A stretch of 64,000 bases of DNA from Bacillota bacterium (lineage in GTDB: Bacteria > Bacillota_I > Bacilli_A > RF39 > UBA660): contig SVAI01000001.1 of the NCBI GenBank assembly GCA_015059495.1, positions 565,525 to 629,524 of the forward strand, written 5' to 3'. The notes under the pieces are model-generated. The model searched no databases, was not told where the DNA came from, and worked only from the letters and a program-made list of their open reading frames with translations. Both the position numbers and the translations under genes were made by a program. Positions 8,147 to 17,344 of this stretch are shown here, in pieces (the first letter of the stretch is position 1; each line of letters starts with the position of its first letter).

Positions 8147-10063
8147 TCAATTAGTTAGCATTAACTTTACAGTAGAATTATCTTCAACGTATAAATTAGC
8201 CTCAGGACTTTGATATAAAACTATATTACCATTACCACTATATTCTATCTTATAACCTTTAAGTAATTTAGTTGCTTCTTCTCTAGTCTTACCCACTACA
8301 TTAACTAATTTTTTATATTTTACATCCATCCAATTATAAACTTTAGGCATAACTTCACTTGATGACTTTAAATTATTAATACTTATATAACTTTCTAATA
8401 TAGATTTAGCTATAGGCGCAGCAACTGTTCCACCATATTGCACTACACCCTTAGGGTTATCTACTGCAACATATAAAACAATTGAAGGATTATCTACTGG
8501 CATAAACCCAATAAAAGAAACAATATAATTACCACTCATATAATGTCCATTATTAACTTTTTGAGCAGTACCTGTTTTACCACCAACCCTATAGTTTTCT
8601 ATATAAGCATTTCTACCAGTTCCATTAGCAACAACACTTTCTAATGCAAATCTAACCATATCAGATGTTTCCTTACTTATTACTCTTCTAACTTCTTCAC
8701 TTTTATTTTCTATAATAATATTTTTAGTATTTGAATCATATATATTTTTTAATATATATGGTTTATATAATATTCCACCATTTACAGCAGCACTAACACC
8801 TCTAACTTGCTGTATTGGTGTAACAGATATACCTTGACCAAAAGCGGTTGTAGCAAGTTCAACATTACCAATTCTATCCATATTAAATAATATTCCATTT
8901 TCTTCACCAATTAAATCAATACCAGTCTTTTCTCCATAGCCAAAGTCTTTAATATATTTAAATAGTTTTTCTTTGCCTAACCTTAAACCTAAATTAACAA
9001 AACCAGGATTACAAGAATTCTCAACTACTTGTAAGTATGTTTCTTCACCATGTCCTCCTGCCTTCCAACAATGAAGTCTTGCACCATCAACTTCTATTGA
9101 ACCCTTATCGTAAAAACGATCAGTAAATAAATTAACTATACCTTCATTTAAAGATGCTGCTAGTGTTGTTATCTTCATAGTTGAACCAGGTTCATATGTC
9201 ATCCATATTGGTAGATTCCTATTTAGTATTTCAGTAGATGTACCCTTATAATTATTTAAATTAAAAGTAGGACGTGAAGCCATAGCAAGTACTTCACCAC
9301 TCCTAGGATCCATAGCAACAGCAAGCGCATTATCAGCTCTATATTTATTCATAACATTATCTAATTCTCGTTCTACCGCTTGTTGTAAATCTAAATCTAT
9401 AGTTAATACAACATCATATCCATTAACACTATCTATATACTCTTCTGATCTATTTAATCTATTACCCTTAGCATCACTATAATATTTAATATAACCATCT
9501 ATTCCAGTTAAATAATCATTATACTTCTTTTCTATACCTGCTAAACCTTGATTATCGATACCAACAAAACCAATAGCTTGAGCTAACATATTATCATATG
9601 GATAATATCTTTTAGCTTCTTTTAATAGATATACTCCTTCTAAATGTAGATTATTAATCTTATCTGCTATATCAAAAGATAATCCTCTACCTTCTGGATG
9701 TACTTTCTCAATAGATGTTTTCTTACTAACATGCTTATACATATCCTCATAACTTACATTTAATATTTCACTTAATTTCTTACTAACTAATTCCTTATCT
9801 TTTATTTGATTAGGTATTAAATATAAAGTTGTAGTTGTAATGTTATCTGCTATAACTTTATTATTTCTATCTAATATTCTACCCCTATTAGCTTTAATAG
9901 GTAATTCTCTAGACCATAGATTATCTGCTAACTTATTTAACTTATTATATTCAAATACCTGTATATAAAATACTTTAAATACTATTATAAATAATATAAT
10001 TAATACAAATATAAACATAATTCTTATTCTTATATGTTTAATTCTATAAAACAAGACAATCAC
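8147..10063 (-). CDS. spoVD: Class B penicillin-binding protein with a C-terminal PASTA domain (SpoVD/PBP2B-like)
   Basis: N-terminal TM and dimerisation domain (RGRILDRNNKVIADN). The transpeptidase motifs are STMK (SxxK), SCN (SxN) and KTGTAQ (KTG). One C-terminal PASTA domain is present. It sits second after ftsL in the dcw order. Confidence 0.75.
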   Translation of the reverse strand: MIVLFYRIKHIRIRIMFIFVLIILFIIVFKVFYIQVFEYNKLNKLADNLWSRELPIKANRGRILDRNNKVIADNITTTTLYLIPNQIKDKELVSKKLSEILNVSYEDMYKHVSKKTSIEKVHPEGRGLSFDIADKINNLHLEGVYLLKEAKRYYPYDNMLAQAIGFVGIDNQGLAGIEKKYNDYLTGIDGYIKYYSDAKGNRLNRSEEYIDSVNGYDVVLTIDLDLQQAVERELDNVMNKYRADNALAVAMDPRSGEVLAMASRPTFNLNNYKGTSTEILNRNLPIWMTYEPGSTMKITTLAASLNEGIVNLFTDRFYDKGSIEVDGARLHCWKAGGHGEETYLQVVENSCNPGFVNLGLRLGKEKLFKYIKDFGYGEKTGIDLIGEENGILFNMDRIGNVELATTAFGQGISVTPIQQVRGVSAAVNGGILYKPYILKNIYDSNTKNIIIENKSEEVRRVISKETSDMVRFALESVVANGTGRNAYIENYRVGGKTGTAQKVNNGHYMSGNYIVSFIGFMPVDNPSIVLYVAVDNPKGVVQYGGTVAAPIAKSILESYISINNLKSSSEVMPKVYNWMDVKYKKLVNVVGKTREEATKLLKGYKIEYSGNGNIVLYQSPEANLYVEDNSTVKLMLTN

Positions 10064-10105
10064 CCAATTAATTATATTAAATAAAAAAAGAACTATTACT
10101 AGTTC

Positions 10106-10759
10106 TTAATCTCTTCTTTTGCCAAATAGACTTAATAATCTAATAAAGATATTAATAAAGTCTAAGTATAATTGAAATGCACCATATACTGCAGCATTCT
10201 CTTCATCAATACCAGCATCTATCATAGCACTTACTTTTTTAATATCATAACCAATATATAAAGTAAATATAATAATAAATGCAACACCTAATAATAATTC
10301 TAAAGATGTACTATGTAAGAATATATTTACTATTGATGTTATTAATGCACAAAGTAATGCAATAAATAAATATAATCCAAACTTAGATAAATCAATATTA
10401 AGTGAATTACCAATAAATGAAAATATAATAAATACTACAGCTGTAGCTAAGAATACATATATTATTGATGATAATTCAAATAATAAGAATATTGATGAAA
10501 AAGTTAAACCATTAACAATACAATATAATATATATAAAGTTTTAGCAGTACTACTCTTCATTGTAGCTATCTTAGCACTTAATGCTATAACTAAAACCAA
10601 TTCTACAGCAAATATTATCCAATAAGTTCCTCTAGAAAAGAATTTAGCAGCTAATACTAAATTATTTAATAAGTATTGTTCAAAACCAAAGCCTACAAAA
10701 AATGTAACTAATAGTCCAATTCCAAGCCATAAAAATACTTTACTTAAAACATTATTCAT
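10106..10759 (-). CDS. Bax-inhibitor-1/YccA (TMBIM) family membrane protein
   Basis: Seven predicted TM helices and the C-terminal signature ...AFQLYLDFINIFIRLLSLFGKRRD typical of the BI-1/YccA family. The start was set to MNNVL, which has a good AGGAG spacing. Confidence 0.65.
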   Translation of the reverse strand: MNNVLSKVFLWLGIGLLVTFFVGFGFEQYLLNNLVLAAKFFSRGTYWIIFAVELVLVIALSAKIATMKSSTAKTLYILYCIVNGLTFSSIFLLFELSSIIYVFLATAVVFIIFSFIGNSLNIDLSKFGLYLFIALLCALITSIVNIFLHSTSLELLLGVAFIIIFTLYIGYDIKKVSAMIDAGIDEENAAVYGAFQLYLDFINIFIRLLSLFGKRRD

Positions 10760-10880
10760 AATCATTTCTCCTTCTTCTATAATTCTATCATAAACCAAAA
10801 ATTATATAAATTATTAAATTTAGACTTTACAAAAAGTAACATTTTTGATACAATATATTCACTCAAAGGGGATGTTTTAA

Positions 10881-11144
10881 ATGGATTACGATAAAAATTA
10901 TATTGTATCTGAATATACAACAGAGGAACTTAATGAAATGTTTGTTAAGGAATTTGCTAGATTCAGAAGAGAAAATAATTTAACTCAAACTTTATTATCA
11001 AAGTATAGTGGCGTAAACAGAGAAAAAATAGCAAGAATTGAACTTGGTATGCATTCACCTAGTATTAAATCTATTTTAAAAATACTTGGTCCAGTAGGCT
11101 ATACTTTAAAAATAGAAAAAATAAAGAAAAAAGATTCTAAATAG
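10881..11144 (+). CDS. XRE-family helix-turn-helix transcriptional regulator
   Basis: HTH_3-like segment NNLTQTLLSKYSGVNREKIARIELG in an 87-aa protein. It lies on the opposite strand inside the division cluster. Confidence 0.6.
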   Translation: MDYDKNYIVSEYTTEELNEMFVKEFARFRRENNLTQTLLSKYSGVNREKIARIELGMHSPSIKSILKILGPVGYTLKIEKIKKKDSK

Positions 11145-11153
11145 AATCTTTTT

Positions 11154-13268
11154 TTAATTTAATTCAACATTTAATACACTAGTACTATCTATGATAGTAT
11201 TTTTTTCTATACTTTGAGATACTACTTTACCATATCCATTTATATTACATTCTATACCTACTAAACTAGCAAATGTTTTAACTTCACTTTCACTCCAATT
11301 AGTAATATCTGGCATAGCAATATTATTATTAGATGTAATCATAAATATCTTAGTACCTTTAATTACTTTAGTACCCTTCTTAGGATAAATATTAATAATA
11401 TATTTGCCATCACCTAATATAATAGGATTTAATCCCATTTGTTTTAATTTTTCTTCACTCTCTACTACACTAGTATTTATATAATTATCAAATACTATTA
11501 TTTGTTCATTAGTATTAGTAGTTTCTAAATTAGCGATATTTTTATAATTAGCAATATCTTCTACAACAGTAGTAACAACTTTAGCTAATTCTTTAATAGG
11601 TCCAACAAATTGTTTAACAGATATATAAACTATATATTGAGGATCTTCAGCAGGAAATAATCCAGCAAAAGATCTAATATAATCATATTTACCTGACATA
11701 TATACACCATTTTGAGTAAAGTTAGCAGTACCTGTTTTACCAATCATTCTAATATTACTTGGTTGATAATATTTAGCATCAGTAATAGTATCATATAATG
11801 CTTTATCCATTAAACTTCTTACTTTATTAATACTTTCTTCACTTGCTACTTTTCTAACTTCAGTACGTTTAGCTTGATATTCAACTTTTCCACTCTTACT
11901 ATCAACTATTTTATCTACTACATAAGGTTGTAGGATTGTTCCATTATTAGCAAGCATAGTTAATGCTTGGATATTTTGAATTGGTGTAGTTGTAATACCT
12001 TGACCAAATGATGCAGTAACAACTTCAGATCCATAGTAGAAATCTAAGTTACCAGCTTGTTCACCAGGTAAAGTTATTCCAGTTTGTTCACCAAAGCCTG
12101 CTGCTTCATAAAAGTCTCTTAACTTCTCTCCACCTATTCTTTGAGCAAGTCTACCTGCTGCAGTATTAGATGAACGAGCAAAACCGGTATCATAATCGAT
12201 TACACCCCAACCAACATCGTTAAAGTCATGGATTACATAACCGTCAACTTCTAAAGAACCTGATTGATATGTTTCAGTTCCATCATATTGTCCATTTTCT
12301 ATAGCAGCCATAAATGAATATATCTTCATAGTAGAACCTGGTTCATATGCATAAGATACCATTGGATTTAAATAATTAGTAATATTTTGTTTATTTAAAT
12401 CAAATGTAGGTTCAGAAGCACTACCTAAAATAGCACCAGTCTTTGCATCAGCAACAGTAAATGTTAACCAATCCATTTTATAATTATCAACTAAATTTTG
12501 TACTGCTTGTAATAAAAATAATTGAATATGACTATCTATAGTTAAATATATATCTTTACCGGATTGAGCTTCAACTCTAGTCTCAGGTGAATTAGGAAGT
12601 CTATATCCATAAGCGTCAGTTTCATAAGTAACGAAACCATCTTCACCTTCTAATTCATCATTAAAGTATTTTTCAATACCCATTTCACCAGTAATCTTAC
12701 CTTCATCATTAGCTCTAGCATAACCAATAATATATGGTGCTAATGTAGAATTCTTATAATATCTTTTAGTACTTTGAGTAAAACCAATACCAGGTAATTC
12801 TAATGCTTCAATCTCACTTTTTAAGAATTCTGTTATACCTCTACCACCTGGTCCAAGTTCAACTTGATAAGCACTTCTATTTAATAATTCTAATATATGC
12901 TCATAAGTCATAGACTTAATATTATTCTTTTGAAATGTTTCAGCTAATTTTTTAGCTGTTTCTTCTTTATCTACTACATGATTAGGTTTATTTTCGTCTT
13001 TAGTTCTAGATGGTGATAAATAAGCTATAACTGTATATGAATTAACAGTTTGAGCAAGTGTTTCACCATATTGATCATAAATAGTTCCACGAGAAGCATA
13101 TAAAGTTTTAGTTGTTTCATTTCTATTCTTAGCAAATGCAGCAATATCAACACCATCTACTTCAGGCATTAAAGCAATTCTAAAAAGTTGAAAAATAACA
13201 ACAAAAAAAGAAGCAATAAGTACTAGTATAACAAAAATACTAATTTTAACTGTACGCTTCTTATTCAT
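11154..13268 (-). CDS. pbpB: Class B penicillin-binding protein 2B / FtsI with a C-terminal PASTA domain
   Basis: TM segment, dimerisation domain, transpeptidase motifs STMK, SSN and KTGTA, and a PASTA domain. It lies immediately downstream of ftsL. Confidence 0.8.
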   Translation of the reverse strand: MNKKRTVKISIFVILVLIASFFVVIFQLFRIALMPEVDGVDIAAFAKNRNETTKTLYASRGTIYDQYGETLAQTVNSYTVIAYLSPSRTKDENKPNHVVDKEETAKKLAETFQKNNIKSMTYEHILELLNRSAYQVELGPGGRGITEFLKSEIEALELPGIGFTQSTKRYYKNSTLAPYIIGYARANDEGKITGEMGIEKYFNDELEGEDGFVTYETDAYGYRLPNSPETRVEAQSGKDIYLTIDSHIQLFLLQAVQNLVDNYKMDWLTFTVADAKTGAILGSASEPTFDLNKQNITNYLNPMVSYAYEPGSTMKIYSFMAAIENGQYDGTETYQSGSLEVDGYVIHDFNDVGWGVIDYDTGFARSSNTAAGRLAQRIGGEKLRDFYEAAGFGEQTGITLPGEQAGNLDFYYGSEVVTASFGQGITTTPIQNIQALTMLANNGTILQPYVVDKIVDSKSGKVEYQAKRTEVRKVASEESINKVRSLMDKALYDTITDAKYYQPSNIRMIGKTGTANFTQNGVYMSGKYDYIRSFAGLFPAEDPQYIVYISVKQFVGPIKELAKVVTTVVEDIANYKNIANLETTNTNEQIIVFDNYINTSVVESEEKLKQMGLNPIILGDGKYIINIYPKKGTKVIKGTKIFMITSNNNIAMPDITNWSESEVKTFASLVGIECNINGYGKVVSQSIEKNTIIDSTSVLNVELN

Positions 13269-13284
13269 TACTTAACCTCTTCTC

Positions 13285-13587
13285 TTAGTTATCTATAACC
13301 TTAATGTTATTATTATTATAAGATAAACCTTGATTAGTTGCAACCTCTCTTATTTTATCTAGAGATGCTAACTCATTAATTTTCATATTTAAGGATTCGT
13401 TAATACCAGATTGATATTCAATATCTTGTTTTAACTTTTCTAAAGCTATATTAGATTCAGAAAGTTTAGCTTGAGTAAACACACTAAAAAGAGGTGTAGC
13501 AATTGCAAGCATAACAATAGCAAAGATTACAAACTTTTCGCCCTTTAATCTTTTTGTTTTAACTTTCTTAGTAATCATATACTTCAA
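13285..13587 (-). CDS. ftsL: Cell division protein FtsL
   Basis: 100-aa bitopic protein with a TM helix and a coiled-coil. It sits between rsmH and pbpB, with a 4-nt overlap with rsmH. Confidence 0.6.
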   Translation of the reverse strand: MKYMITKKVKTKRLKGEKFVIFAIVMLAIATPLFSVFTQAKLSESNIALEKLKQDIEYQSGINESLNMKINELASLDKIREVATNQGLSYNNNNIKVIDN

Positions 13588-14498
13588 ATCCTTTCAATTA
13601 TTCTTAATTTTGCACTCTTACTTCTAGAGTTCTCTTCTAATTCCTTTTCACTAGGTAATATAATTTTTTTATTCACTAATTTAATCTCTGGTTTATATTC
13701 ATCTGGTATTTCAGGTAAACCTTTAACTAAATCATTTACTTCACTCTTTTGTTTAAATATTGTCTTTACAATTTTATCCTCTAGAGAATGGAATGTAATA
13801 ACACTAATTCTACCTCCAACATTTAATAAACTAATTGCATCAGGTAATACTTTCTTTAATACATCAAGTTCACTATTTACTTCAATTCTAATTGCTTGAA
13901 ATATTTTTCTTTCAGGATGATGTAAATTAAAATACTTAAGTCCAACAGCACTCTTTATAACTTCAACAAGTTCTAATGTAGTATTAATAGGTCTACTATC
14001 AATTATCTTTTTAGCTATTGGTTTACTTAAACTTTCTTCACCATAAGCATAAAAGATATCACATAATTCATACATTGAATAATTATTAACTACATCCGCT
14101 GCTGTTTTACTATCTTCTTGATTCATTCTCATGTCTAAAGGTGCATCTTGCATAAAACTAAATCCTCTTGCTCCATCATCTATTTGTGGGGATGATACAC
14201 CAAGATCAAATACAATTGCATCGACTTTTTCAACACCAAGTTCATTTAATTTTTCTTTCATATTAACAAAGTTACTATGAATTAACGTATAGTTATCACT
14301 AACTTTATATAATAATTCATCACTATAATTAATTGCATTAATATCTTGATCAAAAGAATATAAATGACCATTTGGTATTCTTTTTAGAATCTCAGATGAA
14401 TGACCACCATAACCTAATGTTGCATCAACAACAATTGAGTCATCTTTTAAATTAAGTCCTTCAATTGATTCTTCTTTTAATACGCTGTAATGTTTCAT
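13584..14498 (-). CDS. rsmH: 16S rRNA (cytosine1402-N4)-methyltransferase RsmH (MraW)
   Basis: HxPVL-type N-terminus (HYSVLKEE), SAM-binding DATLGYGGHS, and VFDLGVSSPQID. It overlaps mraZ by 4 nt. Confidence 0.9.
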   Translation of the reverse strand: MKHYSVLKEESIEGLNLKDDSIVVDATLGYGGHSSEILKRIPNGHLYSFDQDINAINYSDELLYKVSDNYTLIHSNFVNMKEKLNELGVEKVDAIVFDLGVSSPQIDDGARGFSFMQDAPLDMRMNQEDSKTAADVVNNYSMYELCDIFYAYGEESLSKPIAKKIIDSRPINTTLELVEVIKSAVGLKYFNLHHPERKIFQAIRIEVNSELDVLKKVLPDAISLLNVGGRISVITFHSLEDKIVKTIFKQKSEVNDLVKGLPEIPDEYKPEIKLVNKKIILPSEKELEENSRSKSAKLRIIERI

Positions 14499-14929
14499 AA
14501 ACTCACATCCATAAATAAATTCTCTGCTATATCACTTATTTTATCTGAGTAAGAGTTCATGAAGTTTTCCCACTCATTGCCAGCCCATATTTCAATTCTA
14601 TCGTTAGCACCAATTATTACACATTCTTTTTCTATATTTGCATACTCTTTTAAGTTGGAAGAAATAACAATACGACCACTACGGTCAATTTCAAGAGTAT
14701 TAGCCCCAGAAAAGAACGCTCTCATAAATGTTCTAACGTCTTTCTTTGTGAAAGGTAGTGTTTCTAATTTTTGTACAATTTTATTCCAATCATCCATTGT
14801 ATAAATGTACAAACATTTCTCTAAACCACGAGTGATAATAAACTTATCCTTTAATTCTGGTCTAAAAGCAGCAGGAACAACAATTCTAGACTTATCATCT
14901 AAGTTATGGCGATATTCTCCCATGAACAT
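14495..14929 (-). CDS. mraZ: Transcriptional regulator MraZ
   Basis: MFMGEYRHNLDDKSRIVVPAAFR matches the MraZ N-terminus. It has two DxxxR-containing halves. The start was set at MFMGEY; the track ORF starts 14 codons upstream. Confidence 0.85.
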   Translation of the reverse strand: MFMGEYRHNLDDKSRIVVPAAFRPELKDKFIITRGLEKCLYIYTMDDWNKIVQKLETLPFTKKDVRTFMRAFFSGANTLEIDRSGRIVISSNLKEYANIEKECVIIGANDRIEIWAGNEWENFMNSYSDKISDIAENLFMDVSL

Positions 14930-15066
14930 AGTCATTCCCCACTTTCTTCCACTTCGTACCACTTGGTACAATATTATTGTAACTTATAACCCACTTAAAG
15001 TAAATTATAAACAACAAAAAAACTTAACATTTCTGTTAAGTTTACACACTTGTTTACAACTTTAAT

Positions 15067-16374
15067 TTATTGCTTGACTGGAATGTTATCTACTTGTTGA
15101 TCATAAGTACCATCTGTTTTAATAGTAAGATATTCATTATTATGATCATCAATTTTTCTAGTAGTTGTAATATTACCACTATTATACTCTATGGTAAATT
15201 TATCTTCGTAATTACAAACTATTCCTGAGACAATATTTGCAGGCAAAGTACAATTAAATGTACCAAAAGTGCTTATTTCATCAATAAACTGTTGATATTC
15301 ACTTGCATACCTATTATTAGTTCTTGAATATTCATCAGCTGCACTACCATCAAAGTATTCATGTGGATCAAAACATAATTCAGTACCATTATTAATACAT
15401 AATTTAGAAGATAAAGTTTTAAAATCAAACAAATCATTTCTAATCTTCTTTATTTCATCACTATGCTCTTCCACACATTCATAATAACCATCAGGATCAC
15501 TTATCGAATTCAAAGCAAATTGACAAGTTCGTTCAGATGTAAAATACATATTCATTATAAAATAATATATTTTACCATCCTTTTCAATACAGCTTATGCC
15601 ATATTGTGAACACATATCAACACTAGAAAAATAATTTGTGACATCACTAAGCAATAAAAGTTTATAATAATCATTAGTGTATAAATAACTTGAATACACC
15701 TCATGTTTTAAATACGCATCAACCTTTTTATCATTATAGAATTCATCTATAGTATTCCAATCATCATCTTTAATCAAAGGTGTTGACATTGAAAAAGTAC
15801 CATCCTCTTTAGGAATCATAGTTTGTAAAGCTGTAGTAATTTCCCTTTGCATATCTTGTTCTTTAAGTAAAGAAATAACAGTATAAAATACAGTACCCTT
15901 ATCCATATCCTGATTATAATCTGTATTTAAAAAAGATATTTTCAATGTATAATTATGAGTTTGCCCAACATCTATTCCTATATTTAATCCAATAGAATCA
16001 GTACCAGTTGGACATGGAGTTTGTGCAACATTTAATCCATTATCACTTATTAATTCATATACTAAAGTATCTGTATGATAAAAATAATTAATTGTTTCAT
16101 CAAAATAAAGATCATAGTAGGCATATACATCACCAGTGTTTTTAACACTAAATGTTTTAGTAACTTGACTACCAGGAATAAAGTCTTTTGCCCATATTTT
16201 ACCACTACCATCTTCAAAAGTTATTTCCATATTACCAGTTTCAATAACATTAGCACTAGCACTTTCATTACCATTAACATAAGCAACAAAGTAAGCATAT
16301 GATGCACTTGTAACTAATGATAAAACTAATAATGCTCCAATAACAACTAATAATTTAATATATTTATTTTTCAT
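15067..16374 (-). CDS. Secreted protein with a SipW-type signal and TasA/camelysin-like N-domain, plus a Cys-rich C-terminal domain
   Basis: N-terminus ...LVTSASYAYFVAYVNGNESASANVIETGNMEITFEDGSG...PGSQVTKTFSVKNTGDV parallels the TasA/CalY signal-peptidase junction and first beta-strands. The C-terminal half has about 12 Cys. It is a paralog of the gene at 50193-51695. Confidence 0.6.
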   Translation of the reverse strand: MKNKYIKLLVVIGALLVLSLVTSASYAYFVAYVNGNESASANVIETGNMEITFEDGSGKIWAKDFIPGSQVTKTFSVKNTGDVYAYYDLYFDETINYFYHTDTLVYELISDNGLNVAQTPCPTGTDSIGLNIGIDVGQTHNYTLKISFLNTDYNQDMDKGTVFYTVISLLKEQDMQREITTALQTMIPKEDGTFSMSTPLIKDDDWNTIDEFYNDKKVDAYLKHEVYSSYLYTNDYYKLLLLSDVTNYFSSVDMCSQYGISCIEKDGKIYYFIMNMYFTSERTCQFALNSISDPDGYYECVEEHSDEIKKIRNDLFDFKTLSSKLCINNGTELCFDPHEYFDGSAADEYSRTNNRYASEYQQFIDEISTFGTFNCTLPANIVSGIVCNYEDKFTIEYNSGNITTTRKIDDHNNEYLTIKTDGTYDQQVDNIPVKQ

Positions 16375-16461
16375 GTATATCACTAACCTTGCCTTAATAA
16401 GGTTATCACAAATTATACATTTAATAAATAATCAAAATTATATTTTACACAATTATTTACA

Positions 16462-16490
16462 AACAAAAAAAAGAGCTATTAAGCTCTTGA
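16462..16490 (-). terminator. Rho-independent terminator of efp
   Basis: Hairpin aagagct-atta-agctctt overlapping the efp stop, followed by a U-run on the minus strand. Confidence 0.55.
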
Positions 16491-17039
16491 TGAATATTTT
16501 CCATCTACTGTAGAAATAATAATATGTTCACCTTGTTGAATAAATAATGGAACCTTAACTGTATAACCAGTTTCAACAGTAGCATCTTTCATTGCATTAT
16601 TTGTTGTATTACCCTTAACTGCATCAGTTGTATCAACAACTTCAAATTCAATCTTTTCAGGTAAATCTAAACCAATAATTTCACCTTCATAGAAGTTAAT
16701 TTTAATTTCAAGATTTTCTTTTAAGAATTTCTTTTCTTCTTCTAATTGTACTTCAGGTACTGAAACTTGTTCATAAGTTTCACTATCCATAAATACATAA
16801 TTATCTCCATCTTTATATAGATAAGTCATTGGTTTCTTATCGATATGTGCTTTTTCAACTTTAATAGTTGAGTTATATGATTCAACAGTAATAGCACCAG
16901 TCTTTAAGTTTCTTAATTTAACTTTAACGATTGCTGCACCTTTACCAGGTTTAACATGTTGAAATTCTTGAACTTGGCATAACTTACCATCCATAATAAC
17001 AGTCATACCATTTTTAATATCATTAATATTAACAAACAT
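16479..17039 (-). CDS. efp: Elongation factor P
   Basis: Full-length alignment to EF-P, including the KPGKGAA loop and the C-terminal GxYxSRA. Confidence 0.9.
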   Translation of the reverse strand: MFVNINDIKNGMTVIMDGKLCQVQEFQHVKPGKGAAIVKVKLRNLKTGAITVESYNSTIKVEKAHIDKKPMTYLYKDGDNYVFMDSETYEQVSVPEVQLEEEKKFLKENLEIKINFYEGEIIGLDLPEKIEFEVVDTTDAVKGNTTNNAMKDATVETGYTVKVPLFIQQGEHIIISTVDGKYSSRA

Positions 17040-17061
17040 TTATAAAACTCCCTTTCTAATA

Positions 17062-17226
17062 TTACTTAGCTTCTTTAAATATAGTATGTTTTCCACATAC
17101 TGGGCATGCTTTTTTAATTTCTAACTTTTCAGTTGTATTTTTCTTATTCTTTGGAGTAGTATAAGTAAATTTTTTACATTCACTACATTTAATTGTTACA
17201 TAAGATCTATCATCTTTTTTTGCCAT
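17062..17226 (-). CDS. rpmG: 50S ribosomal protein L33 (zinc-ribbon type)
   Basis: [54 protein letters not shown] contains four Cys in a C4 ribbon. The AGGAGG RBS is 8 nt upstream. A consensus promoter TTGTCT-17-TGgTAAAAT lies upstream at 17259-17287. Confidence 0.75.
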   Translation of the reverse strand: MAKKDDRSYVTIKCSECKKFTYTTPKNKKNTTEKLEIKKACPVCGKHTIFKEAK

Positions 17227-17304
17227 AGTTATATGCCTCCTTTTTTTACTACATAGGTATTTTACCATATAATACCCATAAAGACAAACATTTTTCTTTA
17301 ATTT

Positions 17305-17344
17305 TAATAAAAAAACAACAAAAGAAGTAGATTACTCTACTTCT
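17305..17344 (-). terminator. Terminator of the GH5 fusion gene
   Basis: Hairpin agaagtag..ctacttct overlapping the stop codon, then a U-run on the minus strand. Confidence 0.5.

Noticed and set aside
14559-15065. Two plus-strand ORFs (81 and 86 aa) overlapping mraZ and its upstream region.
   Set aside because: They are antisense to a well-conserved mraZ, with low-complexity composition and no start context.
16075-16302. Plus-strand 75-aa ORF inside the 15067-16374 gene. Also the plus-strand ORF at 33842-34081.
   Set aside because: These are antisense artefacts of AT-rich coding DNA.
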